From the IMG/VR virus record IMGVR_UViG_2563366920_000001: 36,963 bases of DNA; one strand, written 5' to 3'. The notes beneath the pieces are model-generated. The model saw only the letters and a list, made by a program, of their open reading frames with translations, searched no databases and was not told where the DNA came from. The stretch's first letter is position 1, and the number at the start of each line of letters is the position of its first letter. Made by a program: the position numbers and the translations under genes. Origin of the DNA: a virus (lineage: Duplodnaviria; Heunggongvirae; Uroviricota; Caudoviricetes). Below are positions 7,340 to 15,620 of this stretch, piece by piece.

Positions 7340-8281
7340 ATGAGCACTAAATTAACCGGCTATGTATGGGATGGTTGCGCTGCGTCAGGCATGAAATTAT
7401 CCAGCGTGGCAATTATGGCCCGCCTGGCTGATTTCAGTAATGACGAAGGTGTGTGCTGGCCATCAATTGAAACCATTGCCCGTCAGATTGGCGCGGGGAT
7501 GAGTACCGTCAGGACGGCTATCGCACGGCTGGAAGCAGAAGGCTGGTTAACGCGTAAGGCGCGTCGCCAGGGTAACCGCAATGCGTCGAATGTTTATCAG
7601 CTTAACGTTGCGAAGCTTCAGGCAGCGGCATTTTCTCAACTGTCAGATTCTGACCCGTCAAAATCTGACGCATCAAAATCTGACCCGTCAAAATTTGATG
7701 CGTCGAAATCTGGCAAAAAAGCGGGTTTTCACCCGTCAGAATCTGGCGGGGATCCGTCAGTAAAATCAAAACATGATCCGTCAGATAAAAAACCTTCTCG
7801 TCCGGACGCTTCGCAACCGGACACGCAGACGGATGAACAGGATTTTTTAACTCGCCATCCTGATGCGGTTGTATTCAGCCCTAAAAAGCGCCAGTGGGGA
7901 ACGCAGGATGATTTGACCTGCGCACAGTGGCTCTGGAAAAAAATCATCGCCCTGTACGAGCAAGCCGCCGAATGTGACGGCAAGGTGGTTCGTCCCAAAG
8001 AACCGAACTGGACAGCCTGGGCAAACGAAATTCGCCTGATGTGTGTGCAGGATGGTCGTACTCACAAACAAATCTGCGAGATGTACAGCCGCGTCAGCCG
8101 CGATCCGTTCTGGTGCCGTAACGTGCTCAGCCCGTCGAAGTTGCGGGAAAAATGGGATGAGCTTTCCCTGCGCTTATCACCGTCCGTCAGCACGTACATC
8201 GAAAAACGCGAAGACCCGTACTTCAAATCCAGTTACGACAACGTGGACTACAGCCAGATCCCGGCAGGATTCAGGGGGTGA
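7340..8281 (+). CDS. Replication initiation protein (O-like; N-terminal HTH, iteron-encoded linker, C-terminal domain)
   Basis: ATG at 7340 with GAGG Shine-Dalgarno. N-terminus MSTKLTGYVWDG...VCWPSIETIARQIGAGMSTVRTAIARLEAEGWL is typical of phage replication initiators. The central SDSDPSKSDASKSDPSKFDASKS repeat is coded by the DNA iterons. Confidence 0.7.
   Translation: MSTKLTGYVWDGCAASGMKLSSVAIMARLADFSNDEGVCWPSIETIARQIGAGMSTVRTAIARLEAEGWLTRKARRQGNRNASNVYQLNVAKLQAAAFSQLSDSDPSKSDASKSDPSKFDASKSGKKAGFHPSESGGDPSVKSKHDPSDKKPSRPDASQPDTQTDEQDFLTRHPDAVVFSPKKRQWGTQDDLTCAQWLWKKIIALYEQAAECDGKVVRPKEPNWTAWANEIRLMCVQDGRTHKQICEMYSRVSRDPFWCRNVLSPSKLREKWDELSLRLSPSVSTYIEKREDPYFKSSYDNVDYSQIPAGFRG
7646..7790. 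repeat. Iteron array (putative ori) inside the replication initiator gene
   Basis: At least six tandem copies of a 15-16 bp unit with core CCGTCA(A/G)AAT (for example CTGACCCGTCAAAAT twice, CTGACGCATCAAAAT, GATCCGTCAGTAAAAT), analogous to lambda ori iterons within gene O. Confidence 0.55.
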
Positions 8282-8283
8282 TC

Positions 8284-8772
8284 ATGAGTCTTTTGAATGA
8301 AGTTCAGAAATTCATTGAAGCCCATCCGGGATGTACTTCCGGAGACATTGCGGATGCTTTTGCAGGTTACTCACGGCAGCGCGTTCTGCAGTCAGCAAGC
8401 AAGTTACGTCAGAGTGGGCGTGTGGCTCACCGTTGTGAAGGAGATACACGCAGACATTTCCCGCGCCTGACTGAGAGAGCGCAGGAACCGGAACCACAAC
8501 CAGTTCGAGAAACCAGACCTGTGCGCAATTTCTATGTCGGCACTAACGATCCACGGGTGATTTTGTGCCTGACCCGCCAGGCTGAAGAACTGGAGTCCAT
8601 GGGCTTATACCGTCGTGCTGCAACCGTGTGGATGGCGGCATTCCGTGAAAGCCACTCCCAGCCAGAACGAAACAATTTTCTGGCGCGTCGTGAGCGGTGC
8701 TTACGGAAAAGCAGCAAGCGCGCTGCATCGGGTGAAGAGTGGTATCTGTCAGGGAATTACGTGGGGGCTTAA
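8284..8772 (+). CDS. Putative regulatory or replication-associated protein (wHTH N-terminus, PerC-like C-terminal motif)
   Basis: ATG at 8284 with GGGGG Shine-Dalgarno (a GTG at 8278 is also possible). Motif GLYRRAATVWMAAFRESH...RRERC resembles PerC-family prophage regulators (recollection). Confidence 0.45.
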   Translation: MSLLNEVQKFIEAHPGCTSGDIADAFAGYSRQRVLQSASKLRQSGRVAHRCEGDTRRHFPRLTERAQEPEPQPVRETRPVRNFYVGTNDPRVILCLTRQAEELESMGLYRRAATVWMAAFRESHSQPERNNFLARRERCLRKSSKRAASGEEWYLSGNYVGA

Positions 8773-9425
8773 TGAGTAATAAATATTGCCAGGCGCTGGT
8801 GGAATTGCGGAACAAACCAGCCCATGAACTGAAGGAAGTGGGCGATCAGTGGCGCACGCCGGACAACATTTTCTGGGGAATTAACACCCTGTTTGGCCCG
8901 TTTGTTCTGGATCTGTTTACTGACGGTGATAACGCCAAATGTGCCGCGTATTACACGGCGGAAGATAACGCGCTGGCGCATGACTGGTCAGAACGTCTTG
9001 CGGAGCTTAAAGGTGCTGCCTTTGGTAATCCCCCATACAGCCGCGCCAGTCAGCATGAGGGGCAATACATCACCGGCATGCGTTACATCATGAAACATGC
9101 CAGTGCCATGCGTGATAAGGGCGGGCGCTATGTTTTCCTGATCAAAGCTGCCACCAGCGAAGTGTGGTGGCCGGAAGATGCGGACCATATTGCTTTTATT
9201 CGCGGGCGTATTGGTTTTGAACTGCCTGCCTGGTTTATCCCGAAGGATGAGAAGCAGGTGCCGACAGGCGCTTTCTTCGCTGGTGCTATTGCTGTTTTCG
9301 ACAAGACCTGGAAGGGACCGGCAATCAGCTACATCGGGCGCGATGAACTTGAGGCATGTGGTGAAGCCTTTCTGGTGCAGGTTCGCCAGCAGGCGGAAAA
9401 ACTGGTCAGGGAGATGGCGGCATGA
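8772..9425 (+). CDS. DNA N6-adenine methyltransferase (phage Dam-like family)
   Basis: ATG at 8772 overlapping the upstream stop as TAATG. Catalytic NPPY motif (AAFGNPPYSRA). Small size and layout typical of phage Dam-like methyltransferases. Confidence 0.8.
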   Translation: MSNKYCQALVELRNKPAHELKEVGDQWRTPDNIFWGINTLFGPFVLDLFTDGDNAKCAAYYTAEDNALAHDWSERLAELKGAAFGNPPYSRASQHEGQYITGMRYIMKHASAMRDKGGRYVFLIKAATSEVWWPEDADHIAFIRGRIGFELPAWFIPKDEKQVPTGAFFAGAIAVFDKTWKGPAISYIGRDELEACGEAFLVQVRQQAEKLVREMAA

Positions 9426-9748
9426 CGACGTTAACTCAATGCCAGCAGCAGGTGCTGGATATGCTGATTTCTTACCAGAAAGAGCGTGGCTTTCCGCCAA
9501 CCAATCAGGAGGTGGCAACCATGCTGGGATACCGTTCAGTGAATGCAGCGGTAGAGCATCTTCGTGCACTGGAGAAAAAAGGCGTCATCACGATAAAGCG
9601 TGGCGTGGCCCGGGGGATAACGCTTCATACCGCGGTGAAGGACGACGACAGCGAGGCGGTCGGGATTATCCGCGCACTGCTTGCCGGTGAGGAAAACGCC
9701 AGGCTGCGTGCAGCCCACTGGTTACATGAGAGAGGCCTGAAAGTATGA
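9422..9748 (+). CDS. LexA-like DNA-binding domain protein (108 aa, no peptidase domain)
   Basis: ATG at 9422. N-terminus LTQCQQQVLDMLISYQKERGFPPTNQEVATMLGYRSVNAAVEHLRALEKKGVI resembles the LexA winged-helix DNA-binding domain. Confidence 0.6.
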   Translation: MTTLTQCQQQVLDMLISYQKERGFPPTNQEVATMLGYRSVNAAVEHLRALEKKGVITIKRGVARGITLHTAVKDDDSEAVGIIRALLAGEENARLRAAHWLHERGLKV

Positions 9749-10134
9749 AGCTGATCTTGCCTTTCCCGCCCAGCGTGAACACGTACTGGCGACACCCCAA
9801 CAAAGGGGCGTTTGCTGGTAAGAGTCTGATAAGCGCGGCGGGGCGAAAATTCCAGAGCGCGGCGTGCGCAGCAATAGTTGAGCAGTTACGTCGTCTGCCG
9901 AAACCAACGTCGGCACCTGCTTCAGTGGAGATCGTGTTGTTTCCTCCGGATAACCGGATCCGCGATCTGGACAACTATAACAAGGCGCTGTTTGACGCCC
10001 TGACCCACGCGGGTGTGTGGGAAGACGACAGTCAGGTGAAAAGAATGCTGGTGGAGTGGGGACCGGTTATCCCGGAAGGGAAGGTCGAGATCACTATCAG
10101 TAAGTACGAGAAAACGGCGGGTGCAGCCGCCTGA
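9745..10134 (+). CDS. rusA: Holliday junction resolvase RusA
   Basis: ATG at 9745 overlapping the upstream stop. LILPFPPSVNTYWRH...RDLDNYNKALFDALTHAGVWEDDSQV matches the RusA family with its catalytic aspartates. Confidence 0.85.
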   Translation: MKLILPFPPSVNTYWRHPNKGAFAGKSLISAAGRKFQSAACAAIVEQLRRLPKPTSAPASVEIVLFPPDNRIRDLDNYNKALFDALTHAGVWEDDSQVKRMLVEWGPVIPEGKVEITISKYEKTAGAAA

Positions 10135-10153
10135 TTAAGAGGAGAAACGAAGT

Positions 10154-10963
10154 ATGAATAATCTGATGGTCATTGATGGTATTGAAGTTCGTCGTGATGC
10201 TTATGGGCGTTACAGCCTGAACGATCTGCATCGCGCAGCAGTAGCATCTGGTGCAAATGCCAGAACCAAGGAGCCGGGAAAGTTTCTTTCCAGCCAACAA
10301 ACTGTTGAGCTTGTTCATGAATTGACCAACACCCAGAATTTGGGTGTTGACCCGGTGAGTGTGATTCATGGGGGAAATGAACGGGGAACGTATGTCTGCA
10401 AGGAACTGGTGTATGCCTATGCAATGTGGATCAGCCCGTCATTCCATCTGAAGGTGATCCGTACTTTCGATATGGTAACCAGCGCACCGGAAAAATTATC
10501 CGGACAGGCTGCTGACAAGATGCAGGCTGGCGTGATCCTGCTGGACTTTATGCGCCGGGAGTTAAACCTGTCTAACTCTTCAGTGCTTGGTGCCTGTCAG
10601 AAACTCCAGGAGGCTGTTGGCTTACCGAATCTGGCACCGCGCTATGCCATTGATGCTCCTGCTGACGCGCCTGATGGCTCAAGCCGCCCCACGCTATCAT
10701 TGAGTGCACTGCTGAAGCAGTATGGTATCCGCCTGACAGCTAATCAGGCATATCACCAGATGGCGAAGCTGGGGATCGTTGAACAACGTGAACGATACAG
10801 CCGCACTGCGATTAACAACATCAAAAAATTCTGGTCGCTGACGGCGAAAGGCTGCATGTTCGGCAAGAACATCACCAGTCCCGCAAATCCGCGCGAGACG
10901 CAGCCGCATTTCTTCGAATCCCGATTCCCTGAGCTGTTAAAGTTGCTCGATACCGTTCATTGA
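10154..10963 (+). CDS. KilA-N domain protein / antirepressor-like (269 aa)
   Basis: ATG at 10154 with GAGGAGAAA Shine-Dalgarno. N-terminus VIDGIEVRRDAYGRYSLNDLHRAA is KilA-N-like; the C-terminal half resembles phage antirepressor (KilAC) domains. Confidence 0.7.
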   Translation: MNNLMVIDGIEVRRDAYGRYSLNDLHRAAVASGANARTKEPGKFLSSQQTVELVHELTNTQNLGVDPVSVIHGGNERGTYVCKELVYAYAMWISPSFHLKVIRTFDMVTSAPEKLSGQAADKMQAGVILLDFMRRELNLSNSSVLGACQKLQEAVGLPNLAPRYAIDAPADAPDGSSRPTLSLSALLKQYGIRLTANQAYHQMAKLGIVEQRERYSRTAINNIKKFWSLTAKGCMFGKNITSPANPRETQPHFFESRFPELLKLLDTVH

Positions 10964-11059
10964 GGTGACCGTGAGAGCACTACTGACCCCTGAAATAGCC
11001 CCGCGTATGGGGATCGTATTGTTCAGACCAGGTTCAGAGCTGATGCCCCTGTTTATGCC

Positions 11060-12608
11060 TGTCTCTTGATCAGATCTCCTGATCAAGAGACTTCATCACC
11101 AGGTAACCCTCAACCATATCCTGAAGTCTGAACCAGCCATCCCACATGACTACCCAACCGGGGCGACCTGTGCGTTTGCTGTCATGCCATCGCCCCAGTT
11201 TCGCCAGTTTCAGACAGGCCCATTTCAGTGTCGGCATCTGTGACGGAAGCGGTTTTCCTTCCAGCTTAACCCACAGCAGTTTCCACTCTGTCGGCGTCAG
11301 TATTTTCTCACAGCTGTCATTTTGTGTTTCTTCACTGATACCGCCCTGCCGCAGGCCCAGCACCCGCACCGCGATAAACGCCTTGATAACCACCATGCGC
11401 TCGAGGTTATCCCGGGTCTGCATTCGCAGCGATTCCACACATGTACCACCACTTTTCCACGCCTTGTGGTATTCCTCTATCAGCCAGCGTCGCTCGTAAT
11501 GGCTGACGATACGTCGCGCATCGGCGGCACTCGCCACTTTTTCTGACGTCAGCAGATGCCAGCAGGCGCCGTCCTCTGCCTGCTCCCGGCAACAGACATA
11601 CGTGAGCGGGAGCGCCTGGCCGCTGTTGTCGGGATTTTTTATGCTGACTTCGCTGTAACTGATGAACATCCGGGCCTGGCGGGCTGCCCGCCCGCCTTTT
11701 TGCATCACATTTAGCGTGTGGCTTCCCGCGGTTGCTAGGACTTCCGGCAGTTCGAAGAGCTTGCCGGGTGCTTCTTCCAGCCGGCGATTCTGTGCTGCAC
11801 GCACCACGAAGCGCTGCCCGTGGCTGACTTTATAATGCAGGTAATGCCAGATATCCGCTTCCCGGTCACAGACAGTGATTACCCGTTTCTGTATCTCCCC
11901 CAGCCGTTCGGCCATGCGCTCCGAAGCCTGCTGCCAGCGGTAACTTTCTTTTTCTTCATAGGGACGTTCTTTTCGCTGGTGCTTAACACCGTAGGTGTCC
12001 GTGGCACGACTCCAGCGCTGCTGTTCGATAAGACCGACTGGCAGGGCGCTGTCGGGGGCGTACATCAGGACAGAGTGAGCCAGCAGCCCGCGCGTCTTCG
12101 GGTTAGTGGTGGTATTCCCCAGGTCATCAGATGCCGTACTGTGACTGAAGTTAATGGTGGTGGTGTCTTCCAGCGCGAGGAGCAGCGGATGAGCCTCACA
12201 TGCCCTTACAGTGGCGGTAAATCCGGCTTCGGCAATGGCTTGCGGGGACACAGACGGGTTACGTATCAGGCGGTACGCACCTTCAACCTGAGCAGTGGAC
12301 TGGGATGATTTCACAATAGAAAGACCTGCATGCTGAGCGAGAGAAGAGGCCAGTGACACAAGGCGTCGTGTACGACGCGGATCACCGAGACGGGCATGTC
12401 CAAACTGCTCGTTAGCCCATGAATAACAATCAGAAAGTACCATAACAGACCCGAAGAAAATGAAATATAAGAGAAGATCAACGGGTGAGGAAAAAGTTCA
12501 AAAAATCGCTGCCGGGGAGGAAGGAAACTACCGGATGGAAAGAGTCCCCCTAAAGCAGACTGACAGACATCACAAATCCCCGGGTGGGGATTTGTGTATA
12601 AGAGACAG
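11060..12608 (-). mobile_element. IS4-family (IS50-like) insertion sequence, about 1549 bp, with target-site duplication
   Basis: Left terminus CTGTCTCTTGATCAGATCT (11060-11078) is identical to the IS50 inside end as I recall it. Right terminus, reverse-complemented, is CTGTCTCTTATACACAAAT (ending 12608), outside-end-like. Flanking direct repeat GTTTATGC at 11052-11059 and 12609-12616. Confidence 0.8.
11070..12443 (-). CDS. tnp: Transposase (IS50/Tn5 Tnp family, 457 aa)
   Basis: ATG at 12443. Conserved blocks GDPRRTRRL, VCDREADI, RWLIEEYHKAWKSG and DSKRTG align with Tn5 transposase. ORF ends inside the inside-end-like terminus as in IS50. Confidence 0.85.
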   Translation of the reverse strand: MVLSDCYSWANEQFGHARLGDPRRTRRLVSLASSLAQHAGLSIVKSSQSTAQVEGAYRLIRNPSVSPQAIAEAGFTATVRACEAHPLLLALEDTTTINFSHSTASDDLGNTTTNPKTRGLLAHSVLMYAPDSALPVGLIEQQRWSRATDTYGVKHQRKERPYEEKESYRWQQASERMAERLGEIQKRVITVCDREADIWHYLHYKVSHGQRFVVRAAQNRRLEEAPGKLFELPEVLATAGSHTLNVMQKGGRAARQARMFISYSEVSIKNPDNSGQALPLTYVCCREQAEDGACWHLLTSEKVASAADARRIVSHYERRWLIEEYHKAWKSGGTCVESLRMQTRDNLERMVVIKAFIAVRVLGLRQGGISEETQNDSCEKILTPTEWKLLWVKLEGKPLPSQMPTLKWACLKLAKLGRWHDSKRTGRPGWVVMWDGWFRLQDMVEGYLVMKSLDQEI

Positions 12609-13535
12609 GTTTATGCAGGGGCGTGTACTGCTGGAGCCTGAGCCGGAACGTTATTCATCTTTCGCCAGTGGTGCCGTTCCCGCGGCATCACAACCGCTGG
12701 CGGATGATCCTGCTGTTCGGGCCGTGTTCCGCAATGAGGCAGTGATCCGTCGTGCTGGTGGCGTGGAATGTCTTGAAAGCTGGTTACTTCGTGAAAAAGG
12801 CTGCCAGTGGCCTCATTCCGACTGGCACAGCGAGAACATGACCACAATGCGACACGCTCCGGGCGCAATCCGTCTGTGCTGGCACTGTGATAACCAGCTG
12901 CGCGATCAGTTCACGGAACGGCTGGAATCAATGGCAACGGATAACTGTGCCCGCTGGGTGTTGTCTGTTGTGCGTCGGGATCTCGGTTTTGATGATAGTC
13001 ACGTTGTGACAATGCCGGAACTGTGCTGGTGGCTGATTCGTAATGACCTGGCGGATGCCTTACCGGAAAGTGCAGCCCGTAAGGCACTGAGATTACCAAA
13101 GCCTGTTGTGCCGTCTGTCACCCGGGAAAGTGACCTTGTGCCTTCGGTTCCTGCCACCAGCATCATCCAGGATAAGGCAAAAAAGGTGCTGGCGCTGAAA
13201 GTGGATCCGGAGTCGCCGGAGTCTTTTATGTTACGCCCAAAACGTCGCCGCTGGGTTAATGAAAAGTACACGCGCTGGGTTAAGACACAGCCGTGTGCAT
13301 GTTGTGGAAAGCCCGCTGATGATCCCCACCACCTGATAGGCCACGGTCAGGGGGGAATGGGTACAAAAGCGCATGACCTCTTTGTGTTGCCTTTGTGCAG
13401 AAAGCATCACGACGAGCTGCATGCGGATACCGTGGCATTTGAAGAGAAGTATGGCTCCCAGCTGGAGCTGATATTTCGTTTTATCGATCGCGCGCTGGCA
13501 ATTGGCGTGCTGGCCTGATTTTGTGGAGAAAGTTG

Positions 13536-13913
13536 ATGCGTGATATTCAGATGGTTCTGGATCGTTGGGGGGCATGGGCGGCGAGTGATAGTTCTGGGGT
13601 AGACTATTCGCCTATAGCTGCTGGGTTTAAAGGGCTTCTTCCCTATACAAGCAAAACACGTCAGGCTTGTTCAGATAGTGATGCATTAATTATTGAAGGT
13701 TGTCTTGCTCGTCTAAAGCAAAAAAGACCTGAAGAACACTCGCTTCTTGTTGCCCATTACCTATACGGTATCTCTAAAAGAAAGCTCGCCAAGGCTCGTA
13801 AAAAGGATGAGAAACTAATACGCATTGAGATACAGATGGCTGAGGGGTTTATTGATGGCTGCCTATCGATGTTGGAAATTAGTCTAGAGATGGACCCCGA
13901 AGTTAAAGATTGA
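13536..13913 (+). CDS. Late antiterminator Q (phage 82 / QuuD-type)
   Basis: ATG at 13536 with GGAG 7 nt upstream (ORF track starts at TTG 13521). N-terminus MRDIQMVLDRWGAWAASD...IAAGFKGL matches Q proteins of 82-like lambdoid prophages as I recall them. Confidence 0.75.
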   Translation: MRDIQMVLDRWGAWAASDSSGVDYSPIAAGFKGLLPYTSKTRQACSDSDALIIEGCLARLKQKRPEEHSLLVAHYLYGISKRKLAKARKKDEKLIRIEIQMAEGFIDGCLSMLEISLEMDPEVKD

Positions 13914-13920
13914 TTATTGA

Positions 13921-13945
13921 AGCCCGATTACTCGGGCTTTTGTTC
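13921..13945. terminator. Hairpin terminator between the convergent Q and moron genes
   Basis: AGCCCGA-TTAC-TCGGGCT stem-loop (13921-13939) followed by TTTTGTT on the plus strand. The stop codon of the minus-strand 339-aa gene lies in the loop. Confidence 0.5.
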
Positions 13946-14947
13946 CACATCTCGAACATAGAGAATTACTGCTGACTTAATGTCACCATCGACGTGTTTT
14001 GCGTTAATGCTCAAATGTACAGGCTTTCTTTCCCACTCAGCTCGCTGCAATGCTTCTTTGTTTCCGGATTCATCAAGGAAAACATCCTGAACTACGCAGG
14101 TTAGACGTTGGTCGGTATCTACGCGTCGGACCTTAACTTTGAAACTCTCTGGGTCAGTATTATTGACTTCTTCAATTCGGTAAATACCATCAATCCTCAT
14201 TTCTGATGAACGTCTACGAGCATTCGTAACCAACTCTTTCGCCATTTCAGAATCAATAGTAACGCCATCAATTTGAGCGTTATCTGAACGCACAAAGGAT
14301 TTGACCATTTGGGTTTTAGCGTCATACGACATACGGTCCATGTTATCGAGAAGTGGTTTTTCCGCAATCATTTCTGAAATAACCCGCAGGCGTTTAGTTT
14401 CTTGCTCGCTCATGATCTGCATAGTCCGGAGATGTTCTTTCTCTCCATCCTTAGCAATTTCTGCAAGGCGAATATCTTTGCGGTTGTCCAAGAACCGTTT
14501 AAATACTGTTACTCCGCCCCAGATGACTGCTGCGCCGAGAACAGTAAACATGATCTCAGTTGCGTTCATTTTACCAACAAGTTCCTGTGTGAGTTTGGTT
14601 AAAAAGCCATCAATGTTGATTTCTACTATTGAAGAACCCTGTTCTACCGTAACTTCTATTTCTAGGGCATCAAGTTCTTCTTTGGTCAGTTTGCGGACGT
14701 CAGGGACACCGTACTTGGCAAGGGCATATGATTTGTTGATTTGAGCTTGCATTTCAACAAATCCCTTCATAACTGAAGGTGTTAGCGATCTGTTGAATTT
14801 TTCACCGGTTAATCTGATGGTAAGGTTTGGCCATCCGTTGAAACTTAAACTGTCAGGTAAACCATAACCATCAAGATAGCTTTCAAGCAAATCGAAGGCT
14901 TGCTGCTCAGATTCAATGTCTACATGAATCTCATCAAACTTATCCAA
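13928..14947 (-). CDS. Hypothetical membrane protein (339 aa, one predicted TM helix); moron gene of unknown function
   Basis: Long opposite-strand ORF in a markedly AT-rich segment. TTG start at 14947 with GAGGA 7 nt upstream; first in-frame ATG is 59 codons downstream. Hydrophobic stretch IMFTVLGAAVIWGGVTVF mid-protein. No family recognised. Confidence 0.6.
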   Translation of the reverse strand: MDKFDEIHVDIESEQQAFDLLESYLDGYGLPDSLSFNGWPNLTIRLTGEKFNRSLTPSVMKGFVEMQAQINKSYALAKYGVPDVRKLTKEELDALEIEVTVEQGSSIVEINIDGFLTKLTQELVGKMNATEIMFTVLGAAVIWGGVTVFKRFLDNRKDIRLAEIAKDGEKEHLRTMQIMSEQETKRLRVISEMIAEKPLLDNMDRMSYDAKTQMVKSFVRSDNAQIDGVTIDSEMAKELVTNARRRSSEMRIDGIYRIEEVNNTDPESFKVKVRRVDTDQRLTCVVQDVFLDESGNKEALQRAEWERKPVHLSINAKHVDGDIKSAVILYVRDVEQKPE

Positions 14948-15122
14948 AAGTATGTCCTCATTCTAAGCCAACTGTCACCGTGAGGTTTGGCAACGCCTGC
15001 TTTATTTTTCGTTTTAAGTTGTGTGGCAAAAAAATAATGGAAAAACAGATAAAAATCACTAACGCGGTCCGCATTTTCTAGATTACTGTGTTAAGAGTGG
15101 TTACTTCGCCACACAGCTTAAA

Positions 15123-15145
15123 CCCGCCGCTGAGCGGTTTTTTTG
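15123..15145 (+). terminator. Candidate intrinsic terminator (possibly tR' of the late leader)
   Basis: Short GC hairpin CCGC-TGA-GCGG followed by seven T residues, in the intergenic region upstream of the late-region genes. Confidence 0.35.
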
Positions 15146-15266
15146 TACCTGTAAACTTGGTGCAGTACAGTAAACACGCTGGTGGTCGTGAATACTGACT
15201 TTTTATCTTGCTGGCTTTTTAGACAAGAGTTATTGGTATGTCATGTTAACCAGAAGGGAAAAAGAC

Positions 15267-15470
15267 ATGCTAAAACAGCAAGATATGACAGAAACCGCCG
15301 CCGTAGTCCTTCATTTCTTACCTGCTGACAAGTGGGTAACGCCACGCATGATGACGAGAACTACCGGAGTAAGCGAAGCCCGGTGCCAGTTAATACTGAC
15401 TCAGTTAGTTCTGGCGGGTCTGGCGAAGGATAACGGCGGGTATGGGAATAAATTCAGACGCTGCCAGTAA
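15267..15470 (+). CDS. Small winged-helix protein (PapI/FaeA-like suspected, about 67 aa)
   Basis: ATG at 15267 with GGGAA upstream (alternative ATG at 15243). Segment AAVVLHFLPADKWVTPRMMTRTTGVSEARCQLILTQLVLAGLAKDNGG resembles PapI/FaeA-type wHTH regulators (recollection). Confidence 0.4.
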   Translation: MLKQQDMTETAAVVLHFLPADKWVTPRMMTRTTGVSEARCQLILTQLVLAGLAKDNGGYGNKFRRCQ

Positions 15471-15620
15471 TGGCGGTTTCCTGCTGTGAAAATGGGCGGC
15501 TGGTGGGTGTTGGTAGCACCTGCCAGCCATTCGCTCATGCTTACTGGTCACAAGCGAACCACGGCCCACTGCTTTAGCGCAAAAGCAGAGTGAGCCTACC
15601 AGAGTTACGCTTACTGATCC

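Larger units (their letters stand above)
10971..13518 (+). pseudogene. DUF968-type protein with C-terminal Cys/His (HNH-like) motif, interrupted by IS insertion after codon 29
   Basis: Reading frame from GTG 10971 (SD GAGGTGA) runs into the IS left end at 11059 and continues in frame from the duplicated ATG at 12613 to the stop at 13518. C-terminus PCACCGKPADDPHHLIGHGQGG...LCRKHHDELH. Confidence 0.6.

Noticed and set aside
11820-12308. Plus-strand 162-aa ORF inside the insertion sequence
   Set aside because: Antisense to the transposase gene and Gly/Arg/Phe-rich. Shadow ORF.
12460-12612. N-terminal extension MKYKRRSTGEEK... of the ORF at 12460-13518
   Set aside because: These codons lie inside the IS right end and are fortuitous read-through. 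The gene-derived sequence begins at the duplicated ATG at 12613.
15470-15620. Possible tRNA or small RNA in the intergenic region before the methyltransferase
   Set aside because: There is a hairpin, but no cloverleaf with T-loop or anticodon-arm features.
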